From NCBI GenBank assembly GCA_964035545.1, contig OZ037766.1, positions 22,866,767-22,930,766 on the forward strand: a stretch of DNA of 64,000 nucleotides, written 5' to 3'. This stretch comes from Bugula neritina (Eukaryota; Animalia; Bryozoa). Positions 1 to 14,481 of this stretch are shown piece after piece. The number at the start of each line of letters is the position of its first letter. Within the stretch, counting starts at the first letter, position 1. A program made the position numbers and the translations under genes. Under the pieces are notes generated by a model that was not told the origin of the DNA, searched no databases, and worked only from the letters and a program-made list of their open reading frames with translations.

Positions 1-3000
1 GCTTTTAGCACAATCATAATTGATGGTCCTTCTACATTAGCTTGCATGGTAATATTGCTATAATGACTAAGTAATTCTAATGGGAATAAATACAAAAGTG
101 CTTTTTTAAAATCATAAGAAAACCTACAAGATGTTTTTTAAGAAACGCAACTCTTTTCAGTAGAGCCAAACCATCAAAGAAACATACAAAACAATTTATT
201 TAAAATAAAAGTAAAACTGAATTTCAACAGGAAAAAAGATTTTATGGAAAATAAATCAAAAACATAAAGTTGCTGTTTGTAGTATTTACAAATAAAAATA
301 TCTCATTTTAAGCATATTTATTAATTAATTTATTTCTATTTACCTTTTTTGTTTGCTATATCTTGAGCTACAATTGTAGCAAATTCATAAATGGGTCTAG
401 GAAAATTTTCAAAGATGTCTTCAATGATTGGTCCATTATGAGGTTCATTGGAGGTGTAATCACTAGCTCTTTCCTGTTGAGATATCGTGAGAGTAAAGGC
501 CTTGTCATGTTTTATAGTATCAGAGCCTTGTGTAGCATCAGTAGTAGCAGTAGTCATCGTTGTAGTGGTGGTAGTAGTAATAGCAGTTGTGCTATTAGTG
601 TGATCCGGTCCCATTGACTAAATAAAAAAATCCACAGACTCTACTAATATTCAAATTGAAGCAAAAAACTGTCATTAAAAATTAAAGAGCACAGTACAAA
701 AAATACCAATCAACATGGAGGTAAGTTTTCGCTGTTGAAAAAATATATTCTATGAATGAAATATATTAACCTGGTTAGCTGCTTCCTCTTCTAGAGAATG
801 TTCTTCATTAACTTGGCTCAACCTGGTTGGTCGATTCATAAGCAGGTGAAGTGGTTGGTATAGAGACCTGCGAGGATTGCTAGTAGATTTATTACGGACA
901 GTTTCATGCGTTGTAAAAGAAGGGCGTAGTGTAGCTGTTCTATTACTTAAAGTCATAGTTTTAGCGGATGAAGTCTCTTCCTGTTGTGGTGACTGAGTAT
1001 TGGAAGTTTCTAGAAAATCTTCAAAATGTGTTTTATCAATTTCTTGGATATTCATTGTGCTAGAGAGGAATTCACTATTCTGTATGAAATTTGAGTACGT
1101 AGAAGTGTTTGTTATCGTAAACGTTTTCTCAGTATTTAGAGAGATGGAAGGCAAATTAGTGGTTACAGTAGTAGCAAGCACATTGTTACCATTATCAGTA
1201 TCTGGACCTTTTTCAGCAGGACTAATTTGCTCCTTCAAGTTTGAAGCCATAAATGTGTTGGTAGTGGAAACTTTCTGTAGTTCAGAAAGTTCAGCAGTAT
1301 CTGAATCAGCATTGTTGCTGTATGACTTGGTGAGATATTCTGATGGTGAGTCAGAGTTTGCAGAAGGCAATATGTTCGTCTGCATTTGAGGAGTGCTGAC
1401 AGGTGATATCAAGGTAGGTTTGATTGACAAACTAGGGGCTCTGTGAGATTCATGAAGAGTATTTACATCAGCAAATGAATTGTGTTGTAGTGTAGATGCC
1501 TTAGGTGGGCTATGAGTCTGAAATCCAGGTGTAGACATATTTACATTACCACTTAATGCATCACTAGCATGAGGTTTATCATTTGTATTTAGTGAATCAC
1601 TTTGGCAACTTGTAACCTTTTTATTAATATTTACAGTTTTTTGATTAGAGGACTTCAGAGTTTTAGGCTGAGTTGGTTTATTTGTTTTCTTTACTGTTGT
1701 TGGTTTCCCAACAGGAAGTGGGCGTGTATTCTTACTAGGCAAGGTAGTTTTTGATGGAGAAGAAGTTGTAATCTCAGGCGCTGTTCTTTTAACTGCTGGG
1801 TTGATGGTTGATTGCTGTAAAGTTGCTGAACTTTTACTGCTGATTAGTACTTTGGGCTTTGGAGGCGGAATATGAGGCTTTAATCTGCTTTCACCAATAA
1901 CAAACTCAGCTTTCAGAACAGTAGGAAGATCTGATTTTACCTGAAAACATTATTCAACTCCATTACATTGGCTAAAAGCATTGAAAACGAGCAAAAAAAT
2001 TATATCATAAATTTGTACAAGAAATAAAGACAATTTAAACCAAGATGAGTTGCTTTTTTAAAAAGTAGCATTTTTGTAAATAACTGTTAAAAGTAAGCAG
2101 AGTACTTCAGGCAGCCATTTGATAATATGCTAAAACCAAACAAACAGCATGTGCAAACATTTATTTTATATAAAATATACTGACATTAGGAGCTGGGAAT
2201 TTGAGGTCGTTTCTTTCAAAGGTAATGGGAGTTGTCTGCCGCCTTGATGTCAATGAATCTACAGAACAATATCTGTTTATAGCTTACACTGTGTAAGCAC
2301 AAATGTGAATGTCATCTGGGAATAAGAAATTTGTGAAATGATATAAAAATCAGAATAAAAGCAAAACAATCAAGAAATTTAGTAAAGTAATCTCTTTGAG
2401 ATATTCACAGATATCCCTAGCCAACTTGTATTGCTAACTTACTTTCACTGCGACATCTAGAAGAACTCTGGAAACTGCAGTCTAGTAAATCAGGCATGGG
2501 AGACACCTGATCAGTGATAGGAGCAAGACGAGGTGAAGGGGAGTCATGACTGAACCGCCGTTTACTCTCCTTACCTGTTCCAATAAAACCGTTTCTCGAT
2601 TTAACTGAAGTGTGTATTTGTCACACGATTACATCACGTAGCAAAATACGAATTTCAACAAACTGACTATAAGCCTGCAAAAAACAGACCGCTTAGCAGA
2701 TGTGGAAGGGGGAAATATAAATATTCGGTTAAATTTACCAGAGATAAATTAGATGAAAACCACTAAAAGCATTCTAATTATGCGGATGTAAATATAGCCG
2801 AGCCTCCCACTACCCACTCTTTTAGCTAAGTGTACAAAGTTTCCTTTTAGATTTGGGTTGGTAGATATAGGCTCACCATATGCACCTATATTCTAATGTC
2901 AACTATCCATACAGGCCATATTAGCCAACAAACAAAACGCCTGACTTCAAAATAGCCACAAATTGCATTTCAAAATAGTTTGACAGCCAAAATGTGTTGT

Positions 3001-6000
3001 CTGTAAGCAAAAAGGCTTTGGTAGAGCATCACACTGTTTGCAGCTAAATGGCATGAAATTCAGCCATTAATTTCTAAAATGTATGCCAGCTGAATATATG
3101 CTACAAAATTCTATGGTTTACTAACAATCATTATTTAGATAAGGAAAGGTATTAGAATGGTTGTGAATCACATAAGGTATAGTGTTACTTACACAAATTA
3201 ACTGCGTTGTTTGCATTTCTGTTCTGAAAAGCCAATGCACTGATGTCCACAGCACTCTGACTTCTACTGTACTGTGCAGAGTCTATGCGGTGCACACGAG
3301 CAGCTTCCTGCTGATTGGTGGCTGTGTTTACACTTGTTGACCTCACTACTGGTAAGGAAGTATCCGGGCTACTCACTGATTGTAGAGCTCTGGGTTCACC
3401 CAATAGCCTTGTTCTCTCTCTATCAGTATATCAAATACAGGTCAAGTAACGAAACACCCGAAAACACAAAGCAGTATATGCCAAGGCAGAGATAGTGGCA
3501 TCTTTAACAAAACTAGCAAATAACAATTCTTGAAGACTGCAACACAGGGAATCATTACTACAAAATATTACCAACAGAATACCAAACTTCTTTTAGAATG
3601 TAAAAAGTGTTCAAATTTGCAATCAAGAGCTGGAACGTAGTATTTAATAAAACGTTTTCCTATTCTCTATTCAACAAACAACTTTCCGACACAAATTTTT
3701 GCTTCGAGTTTTTAAAGCTGTTAATGGTGATTTACAAAATATATACCCAATACAACATCTGTCTTTGAACTTAATAATTATAATTAGTTTAACATGTAAG
3801 CAAATCTAAGCATGAGTTAATGTTGCTTTTTCATAATGCTTTCTAATGGTTACTAGTTCAGTTAACCAAACAAAACATACCGCCTGATACTCCTAACAGG
3901 AGTTGTATTCTCTATTGGATTCAGTATATTGTGTATGCGAGCATCTGAGAGCTACAATGAAAAATAAAGGAAAATGTTATAAAGTGATTAACTAACAGAC
4001 ACATTACACAGTAAATGCAATATTTTTATTCCCATCGTGTTACAGTGTAAATCATACATATTTTATCATTTCAACAGCTTAGATTTCATCAGAGAAGTTG
4101 AAATATCCACAGCATGTTGAACAATCCCACTATGATTAGAGCATGTGGTAGCAGATTGGTTTTGCTTGGTTATAATAAAACATATGCAGTCAAAATATTT
4201 TGCTATTTACTATGGCCATAAGTATTAAAGTAGCTAAAATACAGTATGTATAACAAAGTACTATATTTTAGCATTGCGCTAGAAATCACATGCATCTGAA
4301 TGACGATATCAAGATACTTGTTTTAAATGACAATTTTTTAACATACTATTTTCACCAAACCAGAAAACATAATGAGTAGTTCACAGTGAACTGGCAGTTC
4401 AGATAACAGCTACAATATCTCTCAATACATACTAAAGTCACACGATGGGCAGACATGTTGGTTCGACTGCTGCCTCCAGTATTGGTGAATGTCTTCTCAC
4501 TGCTGCTGGTCATCTCTCCACTAGTTCTCCGCCAGGTTCTTAGCATTGTTCTAAACTTTTTGAATCTTGCTACACATAAATTAATATAGAGTATTATTAA
4601 AGAGCTACCAACACACTGCTATAAAAAACACATTGGTTTCAAGTCTCCATCTTCATGAGAATCCCTGATGGGTTTTCAAGTGGTTGATGGAATGTTTATG
4701 CTGTTACACAAAAGCCATTATGATTATATGCTCTTCCTGAGATTGTTAGCCATATTGGGGTTGGAACCCATAACCAAGTAAACACTAAACCAGAGTTCTA
4801 ACCACTACAAGATCTCATGAACACACTGATATATTGCGCTTTAATAGCATTGGATTCTTTTAAATGCATTTAAAAGATTTTCAGCTTAGATATTCGATAT
4901 ATTTATCAGAATTTCAAACAGCAGATGTATAACACTCTTACTGGCAAAAATGCTAGCAAATTGAAGGAAAACTTAGAATAAATTCATTTTTAATTGGCAA
5001 CTTATTGGGTTAAATTAGAATGGCAATCAGGTTTCTTATCCAGATCATGTACAATAATTTTTCTATATATTAAATTTGTGATTTATGGCTCAATATTCAA
5101 AGAACTGTGCTAACTTTAAAATTTGATGTTGAGTGTTGATTCAAGAATTTTGAAACCTATAAAATTGCACAAAATACTATTTTAACTAAATAACAGAAGT
5201 GGCTAATACAATATGAATTTTCATAGAATGTATATTAAAAAGCAACATCATTAAAGAGTAGCATACCTCAATGCTTTCTTATGTCAGTTTAATTATTTTT
5301 GATCTAAAACCATGTTTCTCAATTTTCATATAATCATAAAAGTCCAATAGGCTACTGTTGTTTGTTTCATCAGCCACATTACATAATATTTCAACACACA
5401 TACCAACATCTATAGGAGTGTGTCCACTGTCATCTACAGCGTTGGCATCAGCACCACTTTGTAATAAGAGTCTAGCAAGATGTTCCTGGTTATTCAATGC
5501 CTATACGATTCAAATACTCATTGATTACAACTCATAGAATACGAGGTAACCAATAGCATACTATTGTGATACTAATAGATACAAGTTACAAGATGAGAAC
5601 CGCTAGTGCTAGCATTCTCCTAAGACTACCAATAAGCATCTCAGCAATAAATGCTAACATCATACTCAAAGTTATAATTATTATATAATTTAAAACTGAA
5701 ACAAATTTACTGCTAGAAAACTACAACTTAATACCCGTTTGATTTAACTTCAATATCTCACACATTCCATTAGTCCTTCTTCAGCAAAGAGTATTTGGCC
5801 GTATTTAAATACATAATTTAGAATATTTTTAATAATGAAAACTAATGTTAAGTTTAATGAAAGTTTTATACACACATGTTCATTCTGGATTTGGTATCAG
5901 ATGTAGACACATATAGTGTGCTACAATCAAAGCATATACTGGGATCGTGGTAAATTAGGAACAAGTTATTGTCTCTTAAAAGATTTACCACTATATTATA

Positions 6001-8687
6001 GAAATTTGTGTAGATTTATTCACCGCTATGTGAAGTGGGGTGGTCCCAGCAAACCCCGGACCATTGACATCAGAACCATAGCTAAGAAGAACTTCTACTA
6101 TGTCCGTGTTTGCGGCTTGGCAAGCATAATGTAAAGGGGTAAGATTCCTTTTATCTGGAATATCTATGTATTTACAAATAAATTGTAGTAATTAAGAAGG
6201 TCACAAAAATATATTTTATAAACTTTAGCAAGCACATGGCAAATAAAATGCTATAAAGCACACTCGTTAGAAATATTATGACTTGACAAAAAAAGGGAAA
6301 TCACTTACCAATTGTAGCATTTTGGGCTAGCAATGCTGAAAGTGGAAGAGCTATTGAGGCTTTAGAACCAGCGCAGTAATGCAGAGCTGTTTTGCCTTCA
6401 CTGTCACGAGCTAACGTGTTTCTAAAATAACAAATATAAATAAATGCAATATACAAGAAAATAATTATTTCCTAAAAAAGAAAACCAAAATAAAAATTTT
6501 ATCAGCCCAAACATAAATTTTGACAATCAAACCAATTTAGAGCATAAAATCTTTCTTGATACGCTTTTATGGTTTTCATAATGCCCAATTTAATCAACAG
6601 TTTCTACAAAAATTAACATTAGAAAGCTCATGAAAAAAATTAAACCATTATGACAATGACACAATAAAAAGTAAAAATAATAAGGTAGACTGTATAGTTT
6701 GCAAGTCATAGAAGGGAGAACACATACGCTCCGCACTGAATGAGGTCATTCACTACAGCAGTAGGCTCATATCTCTTGAACAACTGAGGTGCTATTTTCT
6801 CTAGAATGTAGATATCTCTGGTACAGAGAAGTAGTGGAGTCAGCCCATCATGGTTGACAGACTCTAAGTCTACAATCTCTGAGTTGCTCTGCAATCAAAT
6901 TCAAAAACTTCGAGTTCATACAAACTTCTGCAGCCAAATTGACCTACACTATCCATAAATGATTCAAATTTTAAAATAAAGGCCATAAATTTTTAAAAAA
7001 CTGAAACGTGAAGTGTTGACCCACCAAAATGCTGTTGACTACATTATGATTTCCTAGCCAAGCACCCTGCAATAAGCGTTGTGTGTAAGAAGCACCTCCA
7101 TGATCAGCATGGTCAAGAATAATTTGCTTGATAACAGGAGAGGCAACTTCTAAAGCTGATTCTCCATTGTAATTTTTTATGGTTATGTCTGCTCCATAAG
7201 AGAGTAGCAGCTGAACTATCTATAATAAATTTGTGAGGAGCAGAATTAACACAAGTGCAATTCTGTTTATAAATCTACCAGACAAAATAACAATAAATAA
7301 AAGGACTATTTTAAAACAAATGAATCTAGGACACAAGCCTGAATATAACCCATATGCTCCAACTTGACTACAACTGTAGTAATGCTAGAAAATGCAATAT
7401 GCTGTTGTTTTACTACAATCATTACAGTTTGTTAAAACAGCCTCAATTAAAATTTTCCACATAAAAATACAGATAGTATCAAAATTTATGTTTAAAATAA
7501 GACTTCAGTGCACTTTCAAGCAACTTGACTACTACTTAAAGTGGAAACATGTAACTAATACATGTGTATACCAATGGCGTCATTTATTTATAAGTGACAA
7601 ATTGAAAATATAAGTTCTATAATTATTTGTGTATGACAAAAATTTTTGAATAATAAAAGTTTTAAAATGTTATCCATAAAAGAAAATGGCTACTTAAAGT
7701 AAAGTATACAAACTTTGTTATGGCCACGCTTGCATGCCCATATTAGGGCAGTGTTGCCTGTTCGTTTGTCTTTCAGGTTAACACTAAGATAAGGAATCCC
7801 TGGGTTTTGGCTTAGCAATTTTAAAAGGCGATCATATGCTCCATCCTTTAAAAAACAACATTGCATCATTAAAATTAATAGTATATCAAGTTCAACTCAT
7901 TTGCAAATAAAGTATAGTATTCAAGTTCACATATTCAAATAACATGTGTAAATGTGCAACTTGTTTGAAGATATTATACTTGCTTAAACTTAGCTTCTCT
8001 TTAAAACCTAAATAAATACACATTATGCTTTAACTTTAATAAAATGAAGACCATAAATGTAAAATGTAGGAATGTACTTTACTACTTACTCTAGCAGAAT
8101 TCATAAACAACTCCTCAATGTCTCGGCCTCCCAAATTATTACTTAAAATGGTGGAGGTAATATTCATATTCATAGTTCCATGTCGATTTAGTGTAGATTT
8201 ACTACCAACAACTGATGATGTAGCATCATTTTTTCTATTCATCCTGATTATTTAATAACTTTAAGTAACATAAATTTAAATATATTTTTACAGTTTCATT
8301 TTCACTTTGGTTTCAATCGTACCTGCTGCATTCAATGCCGCATGTACTTTAAATAAGATGTGCAACATTAATAGATCAACGTATCTAGATCTATTTATTT
8401 AATGAGCATCGATAATTTGAGAAATTGAATAATTTGAATATTAAACTTAATGTAAAATATGAATATTTACATGTACTGATTTAGATTGAGCAAATTAGCT
8501 TTTAGCTTTAGCCAGTTTCTATGACTAATATAGTTAATACATGAAAAAAAAACACAAACAAGTTGGTGATAATATGGTTATTTCTAAAATTAATGACTTA
8601 TATATTTTAGACAAGTTTGTAAGCTGTTGACAACATAATTTACAAAGGGTTATAAGTGTGCGTGTGGGAACAGCCAGTAGCGGCCAT
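1..8687 (-). CDS. Multi-exon ankyrin-repeat protein with long Ser/Thr/Pro-rich C-terminal region; probably continues beyond the left edge
   Basis: Phase-consistent GT-AG exons: 8687-8644, 8243-8090, 7845-7714, 7219-7025, 6888-6728, 6421-6309, ~6163-6024, ~5500-5404, ~4569-4434, ~3951-3881, ~3419-3193, 2574-2443, ~2257-2184, ~1940-772, 617-~344 and probably 76-<1. Ankyrin motifs: GNTALIWACKRGH..IVQLLLSYGAD, DGLTPL, EGKTALHYC, LTPLHYACQ..IVEVLLSYGSDVN, GTTPLHIA..LLLQSGADANAVDDSGHTP. Confidence 0.85.
4642..4810 (-). mobile_element. Degenerate tRNA-derived SINE-like element, copy 1
   Basis: Collinear blocks shared with 27096-27279 (AGTC.CCATC..GAGAA.CCCTGATGG; ATTATGA...ATGCTCTTCCT; GAACCCATAAC; TCTAACC.CTA). 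Confidence 0.6.
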
Positions 8688-9036
8688 TTTGTTTCAGTAT
8701 TGCCAAGATACACATTTCCAGACTGTAATATTTTAATCATTCATATCTTTTTACCATAGTTTAAAAACAAATTAATGTAAATTTATAACACAAATTACTT
8801 TTTTTAACTACTACACTTACAAACAACAAAATTTGAAAGTACTCGAAACAACGCATCATTACTTACTTACTAATCAAGTAAGCAGCTTTATAAATTTTTA
8901 CGTAACTAAGCCTTTTCCTACTGAGGTTAAAATTTTTTTTTAAAGTACAACCTTTGAAATTATTGCAGTCACAACACAGGTTTTAATTAGATATTTCAAA
9001 TTTAAGTAGCAACCTGGTCCTAGTAAATGACATACG
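8688..9036. promoter_or_regulatory. Bidirectional promoter, ankyrin gene / MTPAP-like
   Basis: Lies between the minus-strand ATG at 8687 (within YY1-like CAAAATGGCCGC) and a plus-strand first-exon donor G|GTGAGT at 9037. Confidence 0.55.
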
Positions 9037-9981
9037 GTGAGTGGCTTGCAAAAATTACCTCAATTTTTTTTAAACGACGTGACGTTTATTTCCAAAAAAC
9101 TTTTAAAACATCAAATTCAATATCAATATCAATATGAATATGAATCAGAATATCACATATGATAAAATTAATACTATTTTTATATTATATAAATGTGATA
9201 ATAATTATAAATATATTATATAATGATATATGAAATTGAATGCAGAATTAGAATGAGAGGTCTTGGGACTTGACCCAAACAAGATCAAAAATCAATACTA
9301 TTGTCAATAGTATTGACAATAGGATTTGGATAACATTGAATTTTACTTTTTGAGTTTTAGTGATTTACATAACATTAAATTTAATTGTAAGATGAAAGTT
9401 TTCGCTCAATGCTCAACTTCTCAAGGCTTACACTTACAGTCAAAGTCAAACTCCATAGCCATAGGCATATCATAAAATGATAATGATAATCAATATCAAT
9501 ATGAATATGAGTGAATATGCATCAGCATACTGTGTAGTGATGCTGATAGTGATAGTCATAGTGATAGTGGTGTAGTGGTAGTACTAGTTATGCTTATAGT
9601 CAATACTTAAGTTTATGCTGAGCATACTACTAATATTAATGCTAATAGTAATAGTTTATTATAACTGTAATAGGTGATAACATATAAATGATAAGTATAA
9701 GTGATGAGCGATAGGGCATAAGCATAGTTTTAGACTATGGTATTTCCGTGCTTAAAGTTTTAGTTTGAGAAAAGATAACCTGCTTCTAAAGAAAAACTCA
9801 TTAGATCACTGCTAAAAGCTACATAATGGTAATAGTAACAATTCTTGCAAGTAAAGCACTGCAAATTGTACATCAAGCTGTTGATGTATAGCTTTTTACC
9901 GATAACTCTTTGTCATTTTAACTGTTTTTTTTGCTTTCAGATAAGTAAGCTAGCAAGTAATATTGGGATCCATAATACCTA

Positions 9982-12900
9982 ATGGTATCTCCATTAAGAG
10001 TTACTAACATGACTTCAACTTCATGGCTCTACCAGCTAATATTGATTAATAGTCATACGTACAAAAAGACTTTGGTTGGACTAAAACTTCAGAATAGAAC
10101 TTTTTCGAAAAGAAATTTGGATTCTCATACTAATTTGTCTGCTGACACAGGTACTGAGTTTATTGCAATGTGCTAATTGTTTCTATCTGGTGGTGTTAAG
10201 AGTAATCACTCTAAGCTAATTAGTAATACTTTGAATGCTCTAGTAACATATTTTAACACATTATATAATGTTTTTACTACACTGTTGTAAAATAATATTA
10301 TCGAAAAGTAATTGTGCAAATTTCCTTGATGTTTTCAAGAAAATTCTGCTGAATCAAAGAGAACTGATATGAGCAAACATCAAATCTCTATCAAGTTGTC
10401 TTCTCTCGAGAAGCTTGTCTCAGAATCTGGGCATGCTCCAGTGCCAGCGAGTGCTTTACAATATATTAAAAACCATGTGACCAAAAAGACTGACAGAGCC
10501 GAAAGAGTTGATACAGAGTTGAACAAAAATTCATTGACTGTTTCTTCTTTGATAACCAGTGAAGGTATTTCATGGTTTCTACCAAGTGACTTCTAATTGC
10601 GTCTGCTTCAACGGGAATCTTAAAAATCTATCCGCTCTCACAATATTTTTCAAATAATATGCATAATTGTGCACATGTCGTTAACATATAATTCATGTCA
10701 AACTTGTATTCTTTGCATTTCAAGACATTTTTCCAATATAACACTATTTGTAACTTTTGACTACTTTAGCACATTGCTTAGCGTTAAAATTTATTAGCAG
10801 ATGTTAAAACAAAGCCACCTGAGTCGAAAATGCAAGCCATGTTGAGCAATGCTTTACCATATATTCAAGAAGTTGCTAAAGAAAAAGAAAGAGCTAAGAA
10901 ATCTTTAGCCCTAAAGTTTAAATCAGAACCCCTTTCTGGTGTTCAGAAATTGTGCGAAGAGTATGGGGAGGTGGAGAATATAGAAATGTTCTCAGGGCAT
11001 GTAAGTAAAGGATCATTGGTTATCCCACATCTTACACTTGCTATCAGTAGATGGCTAAAAGATGCACTGAACATGTTTTTACCGATGGTGCTATTGTTGG
11101 TGTCACCAATAAATAAACAAAAATGTAGGAATGGTGTTGTTAAGTTAAAATATATAGCTTAATAAATAATACTTAAATATCTGATTAGAATTGTTTTTAA
11201 ATGGGGTCATTGCGCACCTTTATAAAAACCCCTCACTTTTTAAGGAATTAGAAGGAACTAAGCCTCAAAGGTGAGGCTGTTTGGTATCTCATACCAGTTG
11301 GGGGTGTTAACTTCATTATTAAGATGTTAATGCTTGTTTATGTCATGTGGGTGGTAATTGTGTTCTCCTCAAATTTATTAAGTGGTGCATTGTTGAACTG
11401 ATCAAGACTTGAGAGTTCTCAGCAGAAACACTGAATAAAAACTCTAAACTGTGTTTTGTATCCATGCATTATTAGCATATTTTCTTTTGTTATAGGCGTT
11501 GGTTGAATTTAAGACAAGTTCATCTGCAATTGGTATGATGAGTGAGGTTCAGCCCCCAATCACTTCTCGTCCATCCTTTCATTCACACAGAGCAAGACTC
11601 ATTCATCTACTTGGTGATAACTTGAGGACATCTAGTACAACACCCAAGTTTTCTGATGCAACTGATAGACTTGTAAACAAGAAACAGCTGATTCGTAGTT
11701 TAAACAAATGTCGCACGGTATGCCCTGTTTTATTATATGGTTTTAATGGTTGGTTTACACTTGGGTATTTCTTTGAAATTATGACCATTTTTGTCATCAC
11801 TATTTTCATTAAACTGATGAACGAAGTTCATTGGGTATAGCCAGCAACTTTCTATCATCCTGCGCTATTCTTTTCAGTTGTTTCAAGGCCGACAGATGAC
11901 TTTTACAGCTGGCGACTTCTTTGTTAGGGCTTGAGTGTGCAGATGACCAAAGTCAAGGAAATTGCTAAAATAGTTTTACTATAGTTGTTTATTCTGGGTG
12001 TGCTATATTTGTAGATAGGGGAGTGTGTTACTTCTACTGTCGAAGCTTACCAAATACCGAATATTCAAGTCAAATACAATTACCTGCTCTGTCAGCAAAT
12101 AGATGACCTGTTGTATGCTGCCATGCCACAGAGCTGTGTTATTCCTCATGGCTCTCTGCTCAGCAGTCTGGCTACCAAGTACTCAGATCTTGACCTTGTC
12201 CTACATCCTGTTGGACTTGCTATCTACGGTATAAATGAGCTTCAGCAGGTAACACTTTCACTAGTGTAGCATGTATGAAAACTCTCACTTGCGTATAATG
12301 TATAAAAGTACAAATGAAATGTGAAATACAGATTCTACAATTATTTTTGGCATCAAAGAAACTGTAAATTCAATAGATCATTTTTATGATATGTTTGAAA
12401 AAAAATGAGACAATTTAACATCAAAGCACCATTAATTATTGGAAAATAATTAAACCATGTTTATAGATGTTGACCTACCTGAGTTTTAATAACACTAAAT
12501 TTTCCAGTGATATCAATTTGTTGAGTTTTTCCTTCATCAATGATTTTAGCAAGTTAAATAGAGTTCAGGAGTTTTAAATACTCAAGTAGAAGAAGATTTT
12601 ATTTGAAACCAGTTCCTTATACCAGTAACTTTATTTGCACAGAGAAAGTCCAACAGCAAGTTCAAATCTTTCTATAAACGAAGCCAGATGCTTAATAATA
12701 CTGAAGAGTTTGAGAGGGAGATGGTATACAACTTGTCATTTCAATTAAGAAATTTTGCTGTTGGCTGTCACAAAATAATTTCCCTGCATAAAGCTAGAGT
12801 GCCCATCGTTCGGTTCTCAAGTGAGGTTACAGGAGGGCGTTCAGATATTACATGTAACATAAATATGTAAGTAACAACAATACACTGTTGAAATCCTACT

Positions 12901-14481
12901 TTTATAGTTTATAAATGTTCCTACGTCTTATATATCTATTATGGAGGTATTTGTTAGACGATATATCAATGCTCCACTATTTCACTATAAATATGGACCA
13001 TACCTATAATGCAAATGGACAATGAAATTAGCACTTTTGATATTGTAGACTAATTTATATTATAATCATTATGATACTATCATGTATATATGAGTGATAT
13101 TGATGCTGTTTTAAAGTTTAGAATAACGGAGGCCATGTTAACTCGCATTTTCGCACAGTTTTGTGTTGTGTTTCCTACAATTACTGCTGGTGTTTCTAAG
13201 TCTATCTATGTGATGTAATGTACTACTAATATACACAGATGTGATTTAATTGTAAGTTTATATATATGATATAATATACTGTTGGTTTACCCATATCTGT
13301 AGCATATGTTATATAATCAGCTAATACGTTGTAGTAATGATGGAGTGTTAGCCTCCTGTCTCCTGAGAAGAGTTTGTGAATACAATGTGCATGTTAGACT
13401 TTTGTGTCAATGTATACGCGTCTGGGCGAGAAATCACGGCCTCACAGACGATCAGCCTGGAAAGTATATGATCAACTTCTCTCTGTCTCACCTTGTCATC
13501 TCCTTTCTCCAGAGTCTCGATGTTCTACCTTCTATAGAACGTCTAATTCAAGCAGGTGCTGTGTTACTATTTATAGAACATTTTCTATATTTAGTTCATG
13601 TCACATTCAGCTATTGTCATTAGAATTATGCGAGGTCATGCACGACATATTATAACATAGCTGCTTTCAATATTTTTTGCTATAGCATTACTGTTATCTT
13701 AGAGTACTGAGCAAGCTTCTTATTTATATGTTATTTGTGTAGGACCTTAATATCATGCTACTTTATATAGTTTAATTGTTAAGTAATCTAGCCATATCAT
13801 CTGCATTCTATACAGTACTGCCGTGATGTATTGAAACACCCATTTGCTATTTAATACCATAATATTGTTATTTAAACAGATCTGGACCCTAGGAATGATG
13901 TCACACATAGCATTGACCTTGAAGTATTGGGTAAGATAATAGATATACGATTTTAGCTTCCTATGTAAAAATGTTTTCAAGACTTCTAACCTGCTTCTAA
14001 CTCTGCTAGACATTTTTTTTTGTATTTGTTGTATTAGTCTCAAATGAATAAAACAATATAGGTAATTGAAACAGAAATAATGTCACCGAGTATTCTATAT
14101 AATATTGTTTGATTGCTTGTACTATATACAGTCCAGTAAATGTGGTGTTTTCTACTTTCATTTATATTACTATTATTATTTGTAGGTACTTTATACATGT
14201 TATTCTTCGACTACTGGGCAAAGTTTGACTACAGTGGAGCTATAGACATTTACCACGGCTCAGTTATACCTTCTAAAAAACTCCCATCAGAATTTAGGGA
14301 ATCCCCATCTTCTCTTAAGATAATTCACACTCAAGATGAGTCATTTAATGTTGCGAGGCGCACTGGTGATGAGTATCTCCAACTATTCAAACATCTCTGC
14401 ACTAGAACACACAAACTCTTATTAAAACACAAAGACAAGCGTACTATTGGTGCTATGTTCTCCGAGACTCATCGTTTATGA
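9982..14481 (+). CDS. MTPAP: Mitochondrial poly(A) polymerase-like non-canonical nucleotidyltransferase
   Basis: Basic, hydroxyl-rich N-terminus resembling a presequence (9982-10150); RRM-like domain (KLCEEYGEV..ALVEFKT); Pol-beta NTase signature HGSLLSSLATKYSDLDLVL (~12147-12203); ARVPIVRF..SDIT; IRVWARNHGL..NFSLSHLVISFLQ; PAP-associated FFDYWAKFDY..DESFNVA. About 10 exons; TGA at 14479-14481. Confidence 0.8.

Noticed and set aside
363-1389. Plus-strand ORFs 363-617 and 1000-1389, and other antisense ORFs (19852, 20355, 41371, 45209, 51359)
   Set aside because: Antisense shadows of real coding exons.
4065-4095. CTGATGA..GAAA on the minus strand as a hammerhead
   Set aside because: Stem II is weak and stems I and III do not form.
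12828-12866. MTPAP-like protein as a pseudo-enzyme (third catalytic Asp replaced by Asn in CNINI)
   Set aside because: An Asp in GRSDIT lies at the expected distance from the PIVRF strand, and the DLD motif is intact. The alignment is ambiguous, so loss of activity is not supported.
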